Below, piece by piece: positions 55,724 to 64,000 of a DNA stretch of 64,000 bases. The stretch lies in assembly GCA_964445575.1 (NCBI GenBank), contig CAYULB010000007.1, positions 3,039-67,038 of the forward strand, read 5' to 3'. Positions within the stretch are counted from its first letter, which is position 1, and each line of letters starts with the position of its first letter. A program made the translations under genes and the position numbers. Source of the DNA: an uncultured Eubacteriales bacterium. GTDB lineage: Bacteria > Acidobacteriota > Aminicenantia > Aminicenantales > Aminicenantaceae. The notes beneath the pieces are model-generated. The model was not told where the DNA came from. It searched no databases and saw only the letters and a program-made list of their open reading frames with translations.

Positions 55724-57290
55724 ACTCCACTGCTCTCATTTCCCGGATAACCGTCACCTTTATTTGGCCTGGATAATCCAGCTCATCTTTTATCTTTCTG
55801 GCAATGTCTTTAGCAACCGATGAAGCTTGTTCATCAGAAATCCTCTGGCTCTCAACGATAATCCTTATTTCACGGCCCGCCTGAAGAGCAAACGCTTTCG
55901 CCACTCCCTTAAAAGAATTAGCGATCTCTTCAAGCTTTTCCAGCCTCTTAATGTATGTCTCCAAAAGCTCTCTTCTTGCTCCTGGCCGAGCAGCTGAAAG
56001 TGTGTCAGCAGCCTGGACCAGCACCGCTTCTACAGAAGGAAATTCAATGTCCCTATGATGAGAAGCAATGGCGTCACAGACTTCTCTGGACTCTCCATAT
56101 TTCTTAGTTAAGGACACACTGAGTTCGGTGTGGGTTCCTTCTACTTCCCTGTCGACAGCTTTTCCTATATCGTGCAGTAATCCAGCTCTTAAGGAAACTT
56201 TCTCATTAGCTCCCAATTCTTTAGCCATCAAGGCTGAAAGATAAGCCACTTCTTTGGAATGCTGGAGAACATTCTGACCAAAACTGGTTCTGTACTTCAA
56301 TTTGCCCAGTATTTTTATCAGCTCGGGATGCAGATCTTGAATCCTAAGTCCTAAGGCTACTGATTCTCCTTCCTGTTTGATCTTCTCATCTAATTCCTTT
56401 TTTACTTTCTCAACCACATCTTCAATCCTGGCGGGATGTATCCGGCCGTCAACAATAAGTTTTTCAATCGCCAACCGGGCTGTTTCTCTGCGGATAGGAT
56501 CAAAACTCGAAAGAATCACGGCCTCCGGAGTATCATCTACAATGATATCCACCCCTGTGGCCATTTCTAAAGATCGGATATTTCTTCCTTCTCTTCCGAT
56601 AATTCGGCCTTTCATATCATCAGAAGGAAGGTCAACCACAGACACAGTGGTTTCAACAACATGTTCAGCGGCAGATCTCTGAATAGCCTGACTAATGATA
56701 TCTCTGGCTATGTTTTGGCACTTTTCTTTTGTTTCCTCCTCAATCTCCTTCACTATTTGTACAGATTCAAGTTTCGCCTCATCTTCTATGTGCTTAATCA
56801 GCTCCCTTTTTGCTTCTTCTTGGGTAAAATTCCCTACTCTTTCCAATTCAGCAATAGCTTTCTGTCTCAATTCTTGGTTTTCTTTTTCCTTCCCCTCCAG
56901 GTCACGCTCCCGGGCATACAACATCTGCTCCTTATTTGAATTGTTTCTTTCTTTTCGCTCCAAATTTTTAAACTTCCTTTCTAAATTTTCCTCCTTTTGG
57001 ACAAGCCTCCTCTCCATGTCACTGAGTTTCCTGCGCTTGTTTCTCGTTTGATTCTCAAACTCAGACTTTAAATTGAGAAATTTTTCCTTAGCCTCTATGG
57101 AAGCTTCCCTCTTGATCTTTTCTGCTTCCTCCTGAGCCTTTTCGATTATTTCTTTTGCTTCTTCCTTAGCCCTTAAAACTGACTGGACTCCTGACTTTTT
57201 CTTTATCAAAAAAAACACCAGGAACCCATTTAAGAGCCCGAAAAAAACAAAAGCGATGATTACGCCCAAATTCACTTCTATCACCTCCAA
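55713..57290 (-). CDS. rny: Ribonuclease Y
   Basis: N-terminal TM helix, a K/E coiled coil, a KH domain ([12 protein letters not shown]) and an HD domain (LLHDIGKA). The real start may be GTG 57275, which has GGAGG 8 nt upstream. Confidence 0.93.
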   Translation of the reverse strand: MEVIEVNLGVIIAFVFFGLLNGFLVFFLIKKKSGVQSVLRAKEEAKEIIEKAQEEAEKIKREASIEAKEKFLNLKSEFENQTRNKRRKLSDMERRLVQKEENLERKFKNLERKERNNSNKEQMLYARERDLEGKEKENQELRQKAIAELERVGNFTQEEAKRELIKHIEDEAKLESVQIVKEIEEETKEKCQNIARDIISQAIQRSAAEHVVETTVSVVDLPSDDMKGRIIGREGRNIRSLEMATGVDIIVDDTPEAVILSSFDPIRRETARLAIEKLIVDGRIHPARIEDVVEKVKKELDEKIKQEGESVALGLRIQDLHPELIKILGKLKYRTSFGQNVLQHSKEVAYLSALMAKELGANEKVSLRAGLLHDIGKAVDREVEGTHTELSVSLTKKYGESREVCDAIASHHRDIEFPSVEAVLVQAADTLSAARPGARRELLETYIKRLEKLEEIANSFKGVAKAFALQAGREIRIIVESQRISDEQASSVAKDIARKIKDELDYPGQIKVTVIREMRAVEYAR

Positions 57291-57441
57291 CTACCGGGCG
57301 ACAGAGGAGACAAAAGTTAGGAGGTATGTTTAAATCAAAAAAGAGAATCAACAGTTGGTAATGAACTAAGCATCAATAACTTTAACACCTTTTTCCCTAA
57401 AAAATATTTCATTTATTTACTCTATTCCCATTATTCAAAAT

Positions 57442-57771
57442 TTATTTTCTTGCACGTTCCTCTTCTTTATGTTCAATTATATTTTTTGAAATATGATCCT
57501 CCAAGCTTTCAATTTCTCTCTCCATGTGCCCTATAGCTTCATTTAATTTATCTAACTTCTTTTGTGAAAGAAAAAATTCATCTGCAATGTTTAAAGCGGC
57601 CAGCACCGCTATTTTTAAAGTGTCTTTTGATTTAGACTTCATCGCCACCTTACGCATTTTCTTGTCTACATATGAAGTAAGGTGACTGACATACTTTTCA
57701 TCCTCAGCTCCTTTTACTTTTATTCTAAATTTCTGGTCAAATATTTCGATTTCAATAACTTTATCAATCAT
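57442..57771 (-). CDS. zapA: Cell division protein ZapA
   Basis: VIEIEIFDQKFRIK...AVLAALNIADEF pattern, about 100 aa, with a coiled-coil tail. Confidence 0.8.
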   Translation of the reverse strand: MIDKVIEIEIFDQKFRIKVKGAEDEKYVSHLTSYVDKKMRKVAMKSKSKDTLKIAVLAALNIADEFFLSQKKLDKLNEAIGHMEREIESLEDHISKNIIEHKEEERARK

Positions 57772-58028
57772 ATCCCGATTTTATCGATTTTACCAATTAT
57801 CGACTCTATCCTTTTCTTAATCTCTTCTCTCTCATTTTGGAAAGACTTTAGATTTTCACCTAACTTCCCCGCTTCTTTGGCTTTAAGAGCCAGCTCTTTC
57901 TTCTCCCTTTTCAACTCATCTAATTCCTGATTCATCCTTTCATTCTCAGCAGAAAGCTCATTGATGTAATCGAGAATCTTTCCGATTTTCCCTTCTAGGA
58001 TTTTAATCCTTTCCAGTTCGCTTGTCAA
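57768..58028 (-). CDS. Coiled-coil cell-division protein, ZapB-like
   Basis: 86-aa heptad-repeat protein (LE.KI..ILDYI..L..EN..) directly upstream of zapA and translationally coupled to it. Confidence 0.5.
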   Translation of the reverse strand: MTSELERIKILEGKIGKILDYINELSAENERMNQELDELKREKKELALKAKEAGKLGENLKSFQNEREEIKKRIESIIGKIDKIGI

Positions 58029-60079
58029 TCTTGGCCTCCTCCCCTTAAATTTAACCCGAATTCTGTATTCAAAGCCTTAATAATTTTTTCTTGAAACGTG
58101 TCTGCTTCTTCCGCAAGAAGGGTCCTTTCAGGATGACGAAAAACAAAACGAAAAGACAAACTCACCTTATCTTTAGGTATTCCCTTCCCTTTAAATCGAT
58201 CATACAAAATATAATCTTCAAGGTAAGGTATTTTCAGCTTTTCAATACAGTCCTTTATCCCCTGATAACTTACAGCCTGGTCAGAAAGAAAAGAAATATC
58301 CCGGACTATCCCAGGATAACGGCTAACCGGGGAGTATTTAAAAGATTTGGGCTGTTTTTCGAGCAGGCTCCCCAGGTTTATCTCTGCAGCCCATACTGGT
58401 TCTTCAATAGAATAGGCATCAACGATAGACTTTTTTAAGCCCCCCATGACTCCAATTTTTTCTCCCTTATAGTATAAACTGAGGGAATAGTTTTCTTCAA
58501 AAAAAGGACCCTCTTCTTTTTTAAAAGAAAAGTCATCAAACTTGAGATGATGAAACAGTTCTTCGCAAGTTCCTTTCAAATGGAAAAAATCTGACCTCTC
58601 CGGCTCCTTCTGCCAAAAATCAATATCCAACTGTCCCATGGTGGCAAAGGCAAGAGAATATCTTTCAAAACACTCTTCATCTTTTTTAAAAAATATATTG
58701 CCAATCTCAAAAACATGAACTCCTTCAGCTCCTCTGTTTATGTTCCAGGCTGTATTCACAAGAAGTCCTTCCAGTATAGTGGTCCTTAATAAAGAGGCTT
58801 TTGATGAAACCGGATTTCTTATTTCAACGGCATCCAATCCTGTTTTGAACAGTTTTTCTTTCTCTGAGTCCATAAAGCTGTAGTTAACAACTTCGTCAAA
58901 TCCTTTATGGAGAAAAACTTCTCTAACATTGTCTTCAAATTCTTTCCTTTTATTGAATTCTAAATTAATCCCCCGCCATACGGGAAGATGGGAGGGAATA
59001 TTGTCGTATCCGTAAAAACGAGCTATTTCTTCTATCAAATCAGCTTCCCGCGATATATCCACTCTAAAAGAAGGGACTTGTACCCTCCATATCCCTTCCC
59101 TCTGCTTTTCAAATTGAAATCCGATCCTTTTTAAAAAATCAATGATAAAATCTTCTTCAATTTCAATCCCCAAGAGCTCTGAAACGCGGTGATGACGCAG
59201 CACCACAGTCCTGATTTTTCTGGGTTTAGGATAGACATCGACCATGCCGTGAAGGGCTTTTCCTCCCGTCTGTGTTAATAACGACGCCACCATACGCGCA
59301 GCTTCTGGGGGGAAAGAAATATCAGTTCCCCTCTCAAAACGATACGAAGCATCTGTTTGGAGACCTATTTTTTTCCATGTTTTGCGAATAGATACTGGAT
59401 CAAAACAAGCACTTTCAATAAATATATCCCGGCTTTCTTCTGTAACAGCGGTGTCTTCTCCCCCTACTACTCCTGCAATAGCTACAGGTCTTTGCTCATC
59501 CGCAATGACCAGCATATCATTAGTCAGAGCAATCTTCTCTCCTCCCAGAATTTTAATTTCTTCTCCTTTCCTGGCCTTCCTCACGATGATTTTATTTCCT
59601 TTGAGTTTATCCAAATCAAAAGCATGAATAGGCTGGGCAGTAGAAAACAAAACATAATTGGTCACATCCACAACATTGTTCACGGGAGATAATCCCATGG
59701 ACTGAATCCTCTTTTTCAACCATGAAGGAGAATGGCCTCCTTGGACTTCTTTCACAATCATCCCACAGTACCGGGGACAAAGGTCCTCTTCCAGTACCTG
59801 AACATCAAACACATCCGTTATCTTCTCCGTACCCTCCACCAATGGAAATTTTCGTTCCTTCAGGGAAGTCCCCCGACTGGCAGCAATTTCCCTGGCAACC
59901 CCCAAATGACCGAGAGTATCGGGTCGGTTTGCATAGGTCTCAACCTCAAGAATAGCATCTCCATCCCGCTCTTCCCAATGGTCCACCAACAGACCAATAT
60001 TATTCATTTCTTCGACCAGTTCTTCAGGGAATATTTTCAAATCCAGATATTCCTTTAACCAGCTTATGCTTATCTTCAT
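58025..60079 (-). CDS. pheT: Phenylalanine--tRNA ligase beta subunit (short form lacking the OB-fold tRNA-binding B2 domain)
   Basis: MKISISWLKEYL N-terminus, B3/4 (CPRYCG..., VVDVTNYVL...QP.HAFD), B5 (ADLIEEIARFYGYDNIP) and a C-terminal FDX-ACB domain. 684 aa. Confidence 0.92.
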   Translation of the reverse strand: MKISISWLKEYLDLKIFPEELVEEMNNIGLLVDHWEERDGDAILEVETYANRPDTLGHLGVAREIAASRGTSLKERKFPLVEGTEKITDVFDVQVLEEDLCPRYCGMIVKEVQGGHSPSWLKKRIQSMGLSPVNNVVDVTNYVLFSTAQPIHAFDLDKLKGNKIIVRKARKGEEIKILGGEKIALTNDMLVIADEQRPVAIAGVVGGEDTAVTEESRDIFIESACFDPVSIRKTWKKIGLQTDASYRFERGTDISFPPEAARMVASLLTQTGGKALHGMVDVYPKPRKIRTVVLRHHRVSELLGIEIEEDFIIDFLKRIGFQFEKQREGIWRVQVPSFRVDISREADLIEEIARFYGYDNIPSHLPVWRGINLEFNKRKEFEDNVREVFLHKGFDEVVNYSFMDSEKEKLFKTGLDAVEIRNPVSSKASLLRTTILEGLLVNTAWNINRGAEGVHVFEIGNIFFKKDEECFERYSLAFATMGQLDIDFWQKEPERSDFFHLKGTCEELFHHLKFDDFSFKKEEGPFFEENYSLSLYYKGEKIGVMGGLKKSIVDAYSIEEPVWAAEINLGSLLEKQPKSFKYSPVSRYPGIVRDISFLSDQAVSYQGIKDCIEKLKIPYLEDYILYDRFKGKGIPKDKVSLSFRFVFRHPERTLLAEEADTFQEKIIKALNTEFGLNLRGGGQD

Positions 60080-60080
60080 T

Positions 60081-61109
60081 TTAAGAAAACTGCCTTATAA
60101 ATCTTAAGTCGTTCTCATAAAAATTCCTTAAATCAGGAATCCTGAAAGAAAACATGGCGGTTCTATCAATACCCATTCCAAAAGCGAATCCGGAATACTT
60201 TTCAGGATCAATATTGACATTCTTTAAAACCTGAGGATCGACCATGCCCGCTCCGAGAATTTCTATCCATCCCGCTCCATTGCACACCCGGCAGTTTTTG
60301 TCTTCGCCGCGGCAGACCGTACAGCCGATATCTACTTCAGCAGAGGGCTCAGTAAAAGGAAAGAAACTGGGTCTGAATCTTATCTTGATTTTTTCATGAT
60401 AAAGTGCTTTCAGGAAATATTCCAGAGTTCCTTTTAAGTGAGCAAAGGTTATCCCTAAGTCAACCACTAAACCTTCCACTTGAAAAAACATAGGGATATG
60501 AGTGGGATCGGGAGTTTCCCTACGATACACTTTGCCTGGATTTATCATTCTTATGGGAGGCTTCTTTTTTTCCATAACTCTTATCTGTACAGGAGAAGTA
60601 TGAGTTCTCAGGAGCAGGTCATCGCTTAAATAAAGGGTGTCCCAATCATCCCTGGCCGGATGATGGGGGGGGAAATTTAATGCTTCAAAATTATAATAAT
60701 CAGTTTCTATTTCCGGTCCATCTTCAATAGTAAATCCCATGTGTAAAAATATCTGTTCAATCCTTTTTTTATACTTCAGGATAGGATGAGGAGCCCCTCT
60801 ATACCTCCTTTTCCCTGGAAGAGTCAGGTCTGTCTCAGACCCAATGTATTCAGTATCTTGAATCTCTATGGAATATTCTTCAAGCTTCTGCTGAACATAA
60901 GTTTTGAATTCATTAATCATTTTCCCGACTTCAGGCTTATCATCAGGAGAAACATCTTTCAACTCTTTCAACAGGAGTGTTATCCGGCCCTTTTTCCGGC
61001 TTAAGTAAGTGTTCCGCAGCTTCTCGAGAGACTCTTTATCCTTTACCTGGCTCAGCATCTCATCAAAACTGCTCCACAGTACTTTGATTTTGCTTTTTAA
61101 ATCGACCAT
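60081..61109 (-). CDS. pheS: Phenylalanine--tRNA ligase alpha subunit
   Basis: Class II motifs: HP..., FPPHHPARD, FRPSFFPFTEPSAEVD and GFAFGMGIDR. Confidence 0.95.
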   Translation of the reverse strand: MVDLKSKIKVLWSSFDEMLSQVKDKESLEKLRNTYLSRKKGRITLLLKELKDVSPDDKPEVGKMINEFKTYVQQKLEEYSIEIQDTEYIGSETDLTLPGKRRYRGAPHPILKYKKRIEQIFLHMGFTIEDGPEIETDYYNFEALNFPPHHPARDDWDTLYLSDDLLLRTHTSPVQIRVMEKKKPPIRMINPGKVYRRETPDPTHIPMFFQVEGLVVDLGITFAHLKGTLEYFLKALYHEKIKIRFRPSFFPFTEPSAEVDIGCTVCRGEDKNCRVCNGAGWIEILGAGMVDPQVLKNVNIDPEKYSGFAFGMGIDRTAMFSFRIPDLRNFYENDLRFIRQFS

Positions 61110-61130
61110 TTCAAGCTGACTTTTCTTATT

Positions 61131-61481
61131 TTAAGCTTTCTTTGCCTCTTTGACAATCTGAGAAAATGTATCCGGAGAATTGACCGCAAGTTCTGCTAAT
61201 ATTTTTCTGTCTAATTCTATACCCTGCTTTTTTAATCCCTTTATGAATCGACTATAAGAAATTCCATGATTGTTCGCTGCTGCCTTGATCCGGGTAATCC
61301 ATAAACGCCTGAAGTCCCTTTTCCGGTTTCTTCGGTCTCTGTAAGAATACTGGAGCGCTCTTTCCACAGCTTCTTTTGCTGTTTTGTAATTATGACTTCT
61401 TGCTCCCCAATATCCTTTAGCTTGTTTGAGTATTTTTGATCTTCTTTTTCTTCTTTTTGTTCCTCTTTTAACTCTTGGCAT
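61131..61481 (-). CDS. rplT: 50S ribosomal protein L20
   Basis: [22 protein letters not shown]. Confidence 0.97.
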   Translation of the reverse strand: MPRVKRGTKRRKRRSKILKQAKGYWGARSHNYKTAKEAVERALQYSYRDRRNRKRDFRRLWITRIKAAANNHGISYSRFIKGLKKQGIELDRKILAELAVNSPDTFSQIVKEAKKA

Positions 61482-61565
61482 TTTTATCTCCCTCTGGAAA
61501 AAAGTTTAATTCTCTTGGTTTTCCACAAGCCTTAATCAAATCCAGCCAGCAGATGCTTATCTTTA

Positions 61566-61766
61566 TTAAAAATCGTAAGGCAGCATCCTTTTGATACGCT
61601 GGCGGTCAACAGATTTTATCTGGCCGGGCTTTCTCAAACCTCTTTTTCGTTTTGCTGACTTCTTAGTGAGTATGTGTCCTCTGTTAGCTTTGCTGTAGAG
61701 GACTTTCTTATTTTTAGTTATCTTAAATCTTTTTTTTGCGCCTTTATGCGTTTTCAGTTTTGGCAT
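61566..61766 (-). CDS. rpmI: 50S ribosomal protein L35
   Basis: MPKLKTHKGAKKRFK.T..GK, 66 aa. Confidence 0.95.
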   Translation of the reverse strand: MPKLKTHKGAKKRFKITKNKKVLYSKANRGHILTKKSAKRKRGLRKPGQIKSVDRQRIKRMLPYDF

Positions 61767-62319
61767 CTCTCTCTCCTGGTTTAATGGGACTCAGTAGCGT
61801 GGAAACAGCCCATGGCTGCCTCCTGACCTTTCCATCTTTTTTTCCTAAGTCTTTGACGTCTTCAAAAACTCTGTCTATCAGACTGTATGCAAGTTCAGGT
61901 TTTGCTTTCTCTCGTCCCCTCAACATGACAGTCACTTTCACTTTATTCCCCTCTTTGAGAAATCTTTCAATATGCTTTACCTTAAAACTGTAGTCATGAA
62001 TACTGATTTTTGGCCTGAACTTAATTTCTTTGGTTTGGACTTGTTTCTGGTGCTTTTTGGCTTCCTGTTCCCTTTTATGCAAATCATAAAGATATTTACC
62101 ATAATCGAGAACTCGGCACACCGGAGGTTTGGCATCAGGAGCTACTTCCACTAAATCTAATTCTTTTTCTTTAGCCATTGACAGCGCTTCTTCAATAGGG
62201 ACTATCCCCACCTGGTTTTTATTCTCATCTATCAATCTCACTTTTTTAGCCGTTATCATTTCATTTGTCCTGTGAGGCTTTTTCTTTCTCCTTCTTGAAT
62301 AAAACTTGGGTGTTACGAT
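61744..62319 (-). CDS. infC: Translation initiation factor IF-3, probably initiated at a non-canonical AUC codon
   Basis: IF3 N- and C-domains (VRLIDENKNQVGIV..., KEIKFRP.I..HD...K). Homology (HRTNEMITAKKVRL versus E. coli NRINGEIRAQEVRL) extends upstream of the first ATG (62259). The upstream in-frame stretch contains only ATC ATC as possible starts, 3-6 nt after AGGAGG. Confidence 0.8.
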   Translation of the reverse strand: MVTPKFYSRRRKKKPHRTNEMITAKKVRLIDENKNQVGIVPIEEALSMAKEKELDLVEVAPDAKPPVCRVLDYGKYLYDLHKREQEAKKHQKQVQTKEIKFRPKISIHDYSFKVKHIERFLKEGNKVKVTVMLRGREKAKPELAYSLIDRVFEDVKDLGKKDGKVRRQPWAVSTLLSPIKPGERDAKTENA

Positions 62320-62331
62320 GATAAACCTCCT

Positions 62332-64000
62332 TTAAAGATTAATTTCTAAATCCTTATTTTCATTTAATTCCAATATTTTTTCAAGAAACTCTTTGAAATT
62401 AAACTGGCCCTTGTCTCCTTCTGTATGGATTCGTACCGATACGCCTTCCTTTTCAACCTCTCTATCACCCACTACCAAGATGAGAGGCGCTTTATTCTTC
62501 TCCGCGTCTCTTATCTTATATCCAACCTTCTCCCTCCGGATATCAACTTCTGTTCTCAGGTTCACTTTCTTTAGTTCCTGCCTCAATTTTTCTGCATACG
62601 GATTGTGCCTGTCAGCAATAGGAATGATTATAATCTGAACAGGAGCCAGCCACAAAGGAAAATTCCCGTTATAATGTTCTATCAATATGCCAAAAAACCT
62701 TTCTAATGAACCAAGGAGAGCCCGGTGAATCATAAAAGGCCTGTGAAATTCACCATCTTCTCCCACATAGTTTAGGTCAAATTTTTCTGATAAATTGAAA
62801 TCCAGCTGAATGGTGGTGCACTGCCAAGACCTTTTTAGAGCGTCTTTGATTTTTATATCAATTTTAGGCCCATAAAAGACCCCCTCTCCTTCGTCCACAC
62901 TGAAATCAATTTTCTCGGCTTTAAGAGCTCTTTCCAAGGCTTTCGTTGCCTCATCCCAATCATTCACAGATCCGCTGAATTTCTCGGGTCTGGTTGAGAG
63001 AAAAACATCAAAGTCCTCGAAGCCAAAAGTCCTAAGTACTCTCAGAGCCATGGAAATCGTCCTTCTTATCTCCTCTTCCAACTGATCTGGGCGGCAGAAA
63101 ATATGAGCGTCATCCTGGGTAAACCCTCTGACTCTGAGAAGGCCGTGCAGCACACCCCCTCGTTCATATCGATAGACCGTACCTAACTCAGCCCATCTTA
63201 AAGGAAGCTCTCGATAGCTCCTTTGTGCTGACTGATAAACCATGATATGAAAAGGGCAGTTCATGGGTTTCAATTGATACTTTACATTGTCACTGATTAA
63301 AGAAGGGTAAAGAGCATCATAAAACTCAGTATGTCCGCTTGTTTCCCACACCTTGAGTTTGGCTATATGAGGAGAGTAAATAAGGTCATATCCTTCTTTA
63401 AAATGTTCTTTTCTCCAATAATCCTCTATCACAGCTCTGACCGCAGCTCCCTTAGGATGCCAGAGGATCAGACCTCCTCCTAAATTTTCATCCGTGCTGA
63501 AAAGATCCAATTCAGGACCCAGTTTCCGGTGGTCTCTTTTCTTGGCTTCCTCCAGCATATGAAGATAATCCTTAAGCTCTTTCTTATTAAAAAATGCAGT
63601 GCCGTAAACCCTCTGGAGCTGCTGGCTGCTTTCATCCCCTTTCCAATACGCCCCCGAAACAGAAAGCAATTTAAAATGCTTGATAGCTCCGGTAGATGGG
63701 ATATGAGGCCCCAAACAGAAATCCACAAAATCTCCCTGTCTGTAACAAGAAACCTCTTTGTCCCCCTTTTCTTTGATCAGCTCAACCTTTAAATCCTGGC
63801 CTAATTTCTCAAACAGCTCAATGGCTTCTTGCTTAGTGCAGGTGAATTTTTCTAAAGGAATATCCTGGTCTGAAATCTCTCTCATCCTCTTTTCTATGGA
63901 TTCTAAATCTTCTGGTGTGAAGGGTTTATCCCTTAAGAAATCATAATAAAAACCGTCTTCAACTGCTGGGCCCACTCCAGTCTTGGTGCCTGGAAAGAGG
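62332..64000 (-). CDS. thrS: Threonine--tRNA ligase; N-terminus lies beyond the window
   Basis: The frame stays open to nt 64000. GPAVEDGFYYDF, class II motifs (FRRE.SG.LHGL.RVRGFTQDDAHIF; GS.ERF), and an anticodon-binding C-terminus. Confidence 0.95.
   Translation of the reverse strand, partial: LFPGTKTGVGPAVEDGFYYDFLRDKPFTPEDLESIEKRMREISDQDIPLEKFTCTKQEAIELFEKLGQDLKVELIKEKGDKEVSCYRQGDFVDFCLGPHIPSTGAIKHFKLLSVSGAYWKGDESSQQLQRVYGTAFFNKKELKDYLHMLEEAKKRDHRKLGPELDLFSTDENLGGGLILWHPKGAAVRAVIEDYWRKEHFKEGYDLIYSPHIAKLKVWETSGHTEFYDALYPSLISDNVKYQLKPMNCPFHIMVYQSAQRSYRELPLRWAELGTVYRYERGGVLHGLLRVRGFTQDDAHIFCRPDQLEEEIRRTISMALRVLRTFGFEDFDVFLSTRPEKFSGSVNDWDEATKALERALKAEKIDFSVDEGEGVFYGPKIDIKIKDALKRSWQCTTIQLDFNLSEKFDLNYVGEDGEFHRPFMIHRALLGSLERFFGILIEHYNGNFPLWLAPVQIIIIPIADRHNPYAEKLRQELKKVNLRTEVDIRREKVGYKIRDAEKNKAPLILVVGDREVEKEGVSVRIHTEGDKGQFNFKEFLEKILELNENKDLEINL

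Noticed and set aside
1-64000. CRISPR arrays, rRNA/tRNA genes, IS elements/transposases, prophage or integrase-bounded islands
   Set aside because: I saw no regularly spaced direct repeats, no rRNA/tRNA-like conserved segments in any spacer, and no transposase-like or phage-like ORFs. The only recombinase is a housekeeping-type XerC in the dprA-topA-xerC context.

Overview
This 64 kb window looks like a chromosomal segment from a low-GC diderm (LPS-producing) bacterium, probably an anaerobe. The evidence for that is lptD, lpxD, heptosyltransferase and O-antigen ligase genes, an HdrL-type heterodisulfide-reductase-like flavoprotein, and [NiFe]-hydrogenase maturation genes. I cannot assign a taxon from the sequence alone. 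Coding density is high and most genes are housekeeping.

Gene blocks, in order:
- 1-6.2 kb (+): HdrA/GltD fusion ('HdrL'), a sensor-less REC-histidine kinase, a hydrogenase protease, hypB, hypA and a cold-shock protein.
- 6.2-10.3 kb: the most unusual part of the window. It holds a GC-rich structured intergenic island, a 1084-aa EndoQ-like PHP nuclease fused to a UvrD/PcrA helicase, and a ~110-bp imperfect direct repeat on each side of that gene, offset by exactly 3600 bp.
- 10.2-14 kb (+): a Zn-ribbon SAM methyltransferase, a DPPR-synthase-like UbiA prenyltransferase, mgtC, rdgB and comEA.
- 14-20.2 kb (-): xerC, topA, dprA, a truncated NupC remnant, yggU, yggT and a DUF1573 protein.
- 20.3-35.7 kb: envelope and LPS-related genes. 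These are an SH3/beta-barrel OMP, a methyltransferase/GH-like/LPS-kinase operon, a DUF3943-like protein, a 1099-aa BNR/sortilin-like protein, Trm112, a GT9 heptosyltransferase, an acyl-ACP thioesterase, an O-antigen ligase, a PHP phosphoesterase and heptose-7-P kinase.
- 35.7-44.1 kb (-): purF, two Rmd/Gmd-family SDRs, rfbB, rfbC, rfbA(long) and lptD.
- 44.2-47.9 kb (+): atpZ, atpI, atpB and atpE only, then yihY and lpxD.
- 47.9-64 kb (-): one long run of trxB, nadK, tlyA, dxs, ispA, xseB, xseA, ymdB, rny, zapA, zapB-like, pheT, pheS, rplT, rpmI, infC and thrS (partial).

I found no CRISPR array, rRNA, tRNA, transposase or integrase-bounded island. Every family call comes from reading motifs in the translated ORFs, not from a database search.
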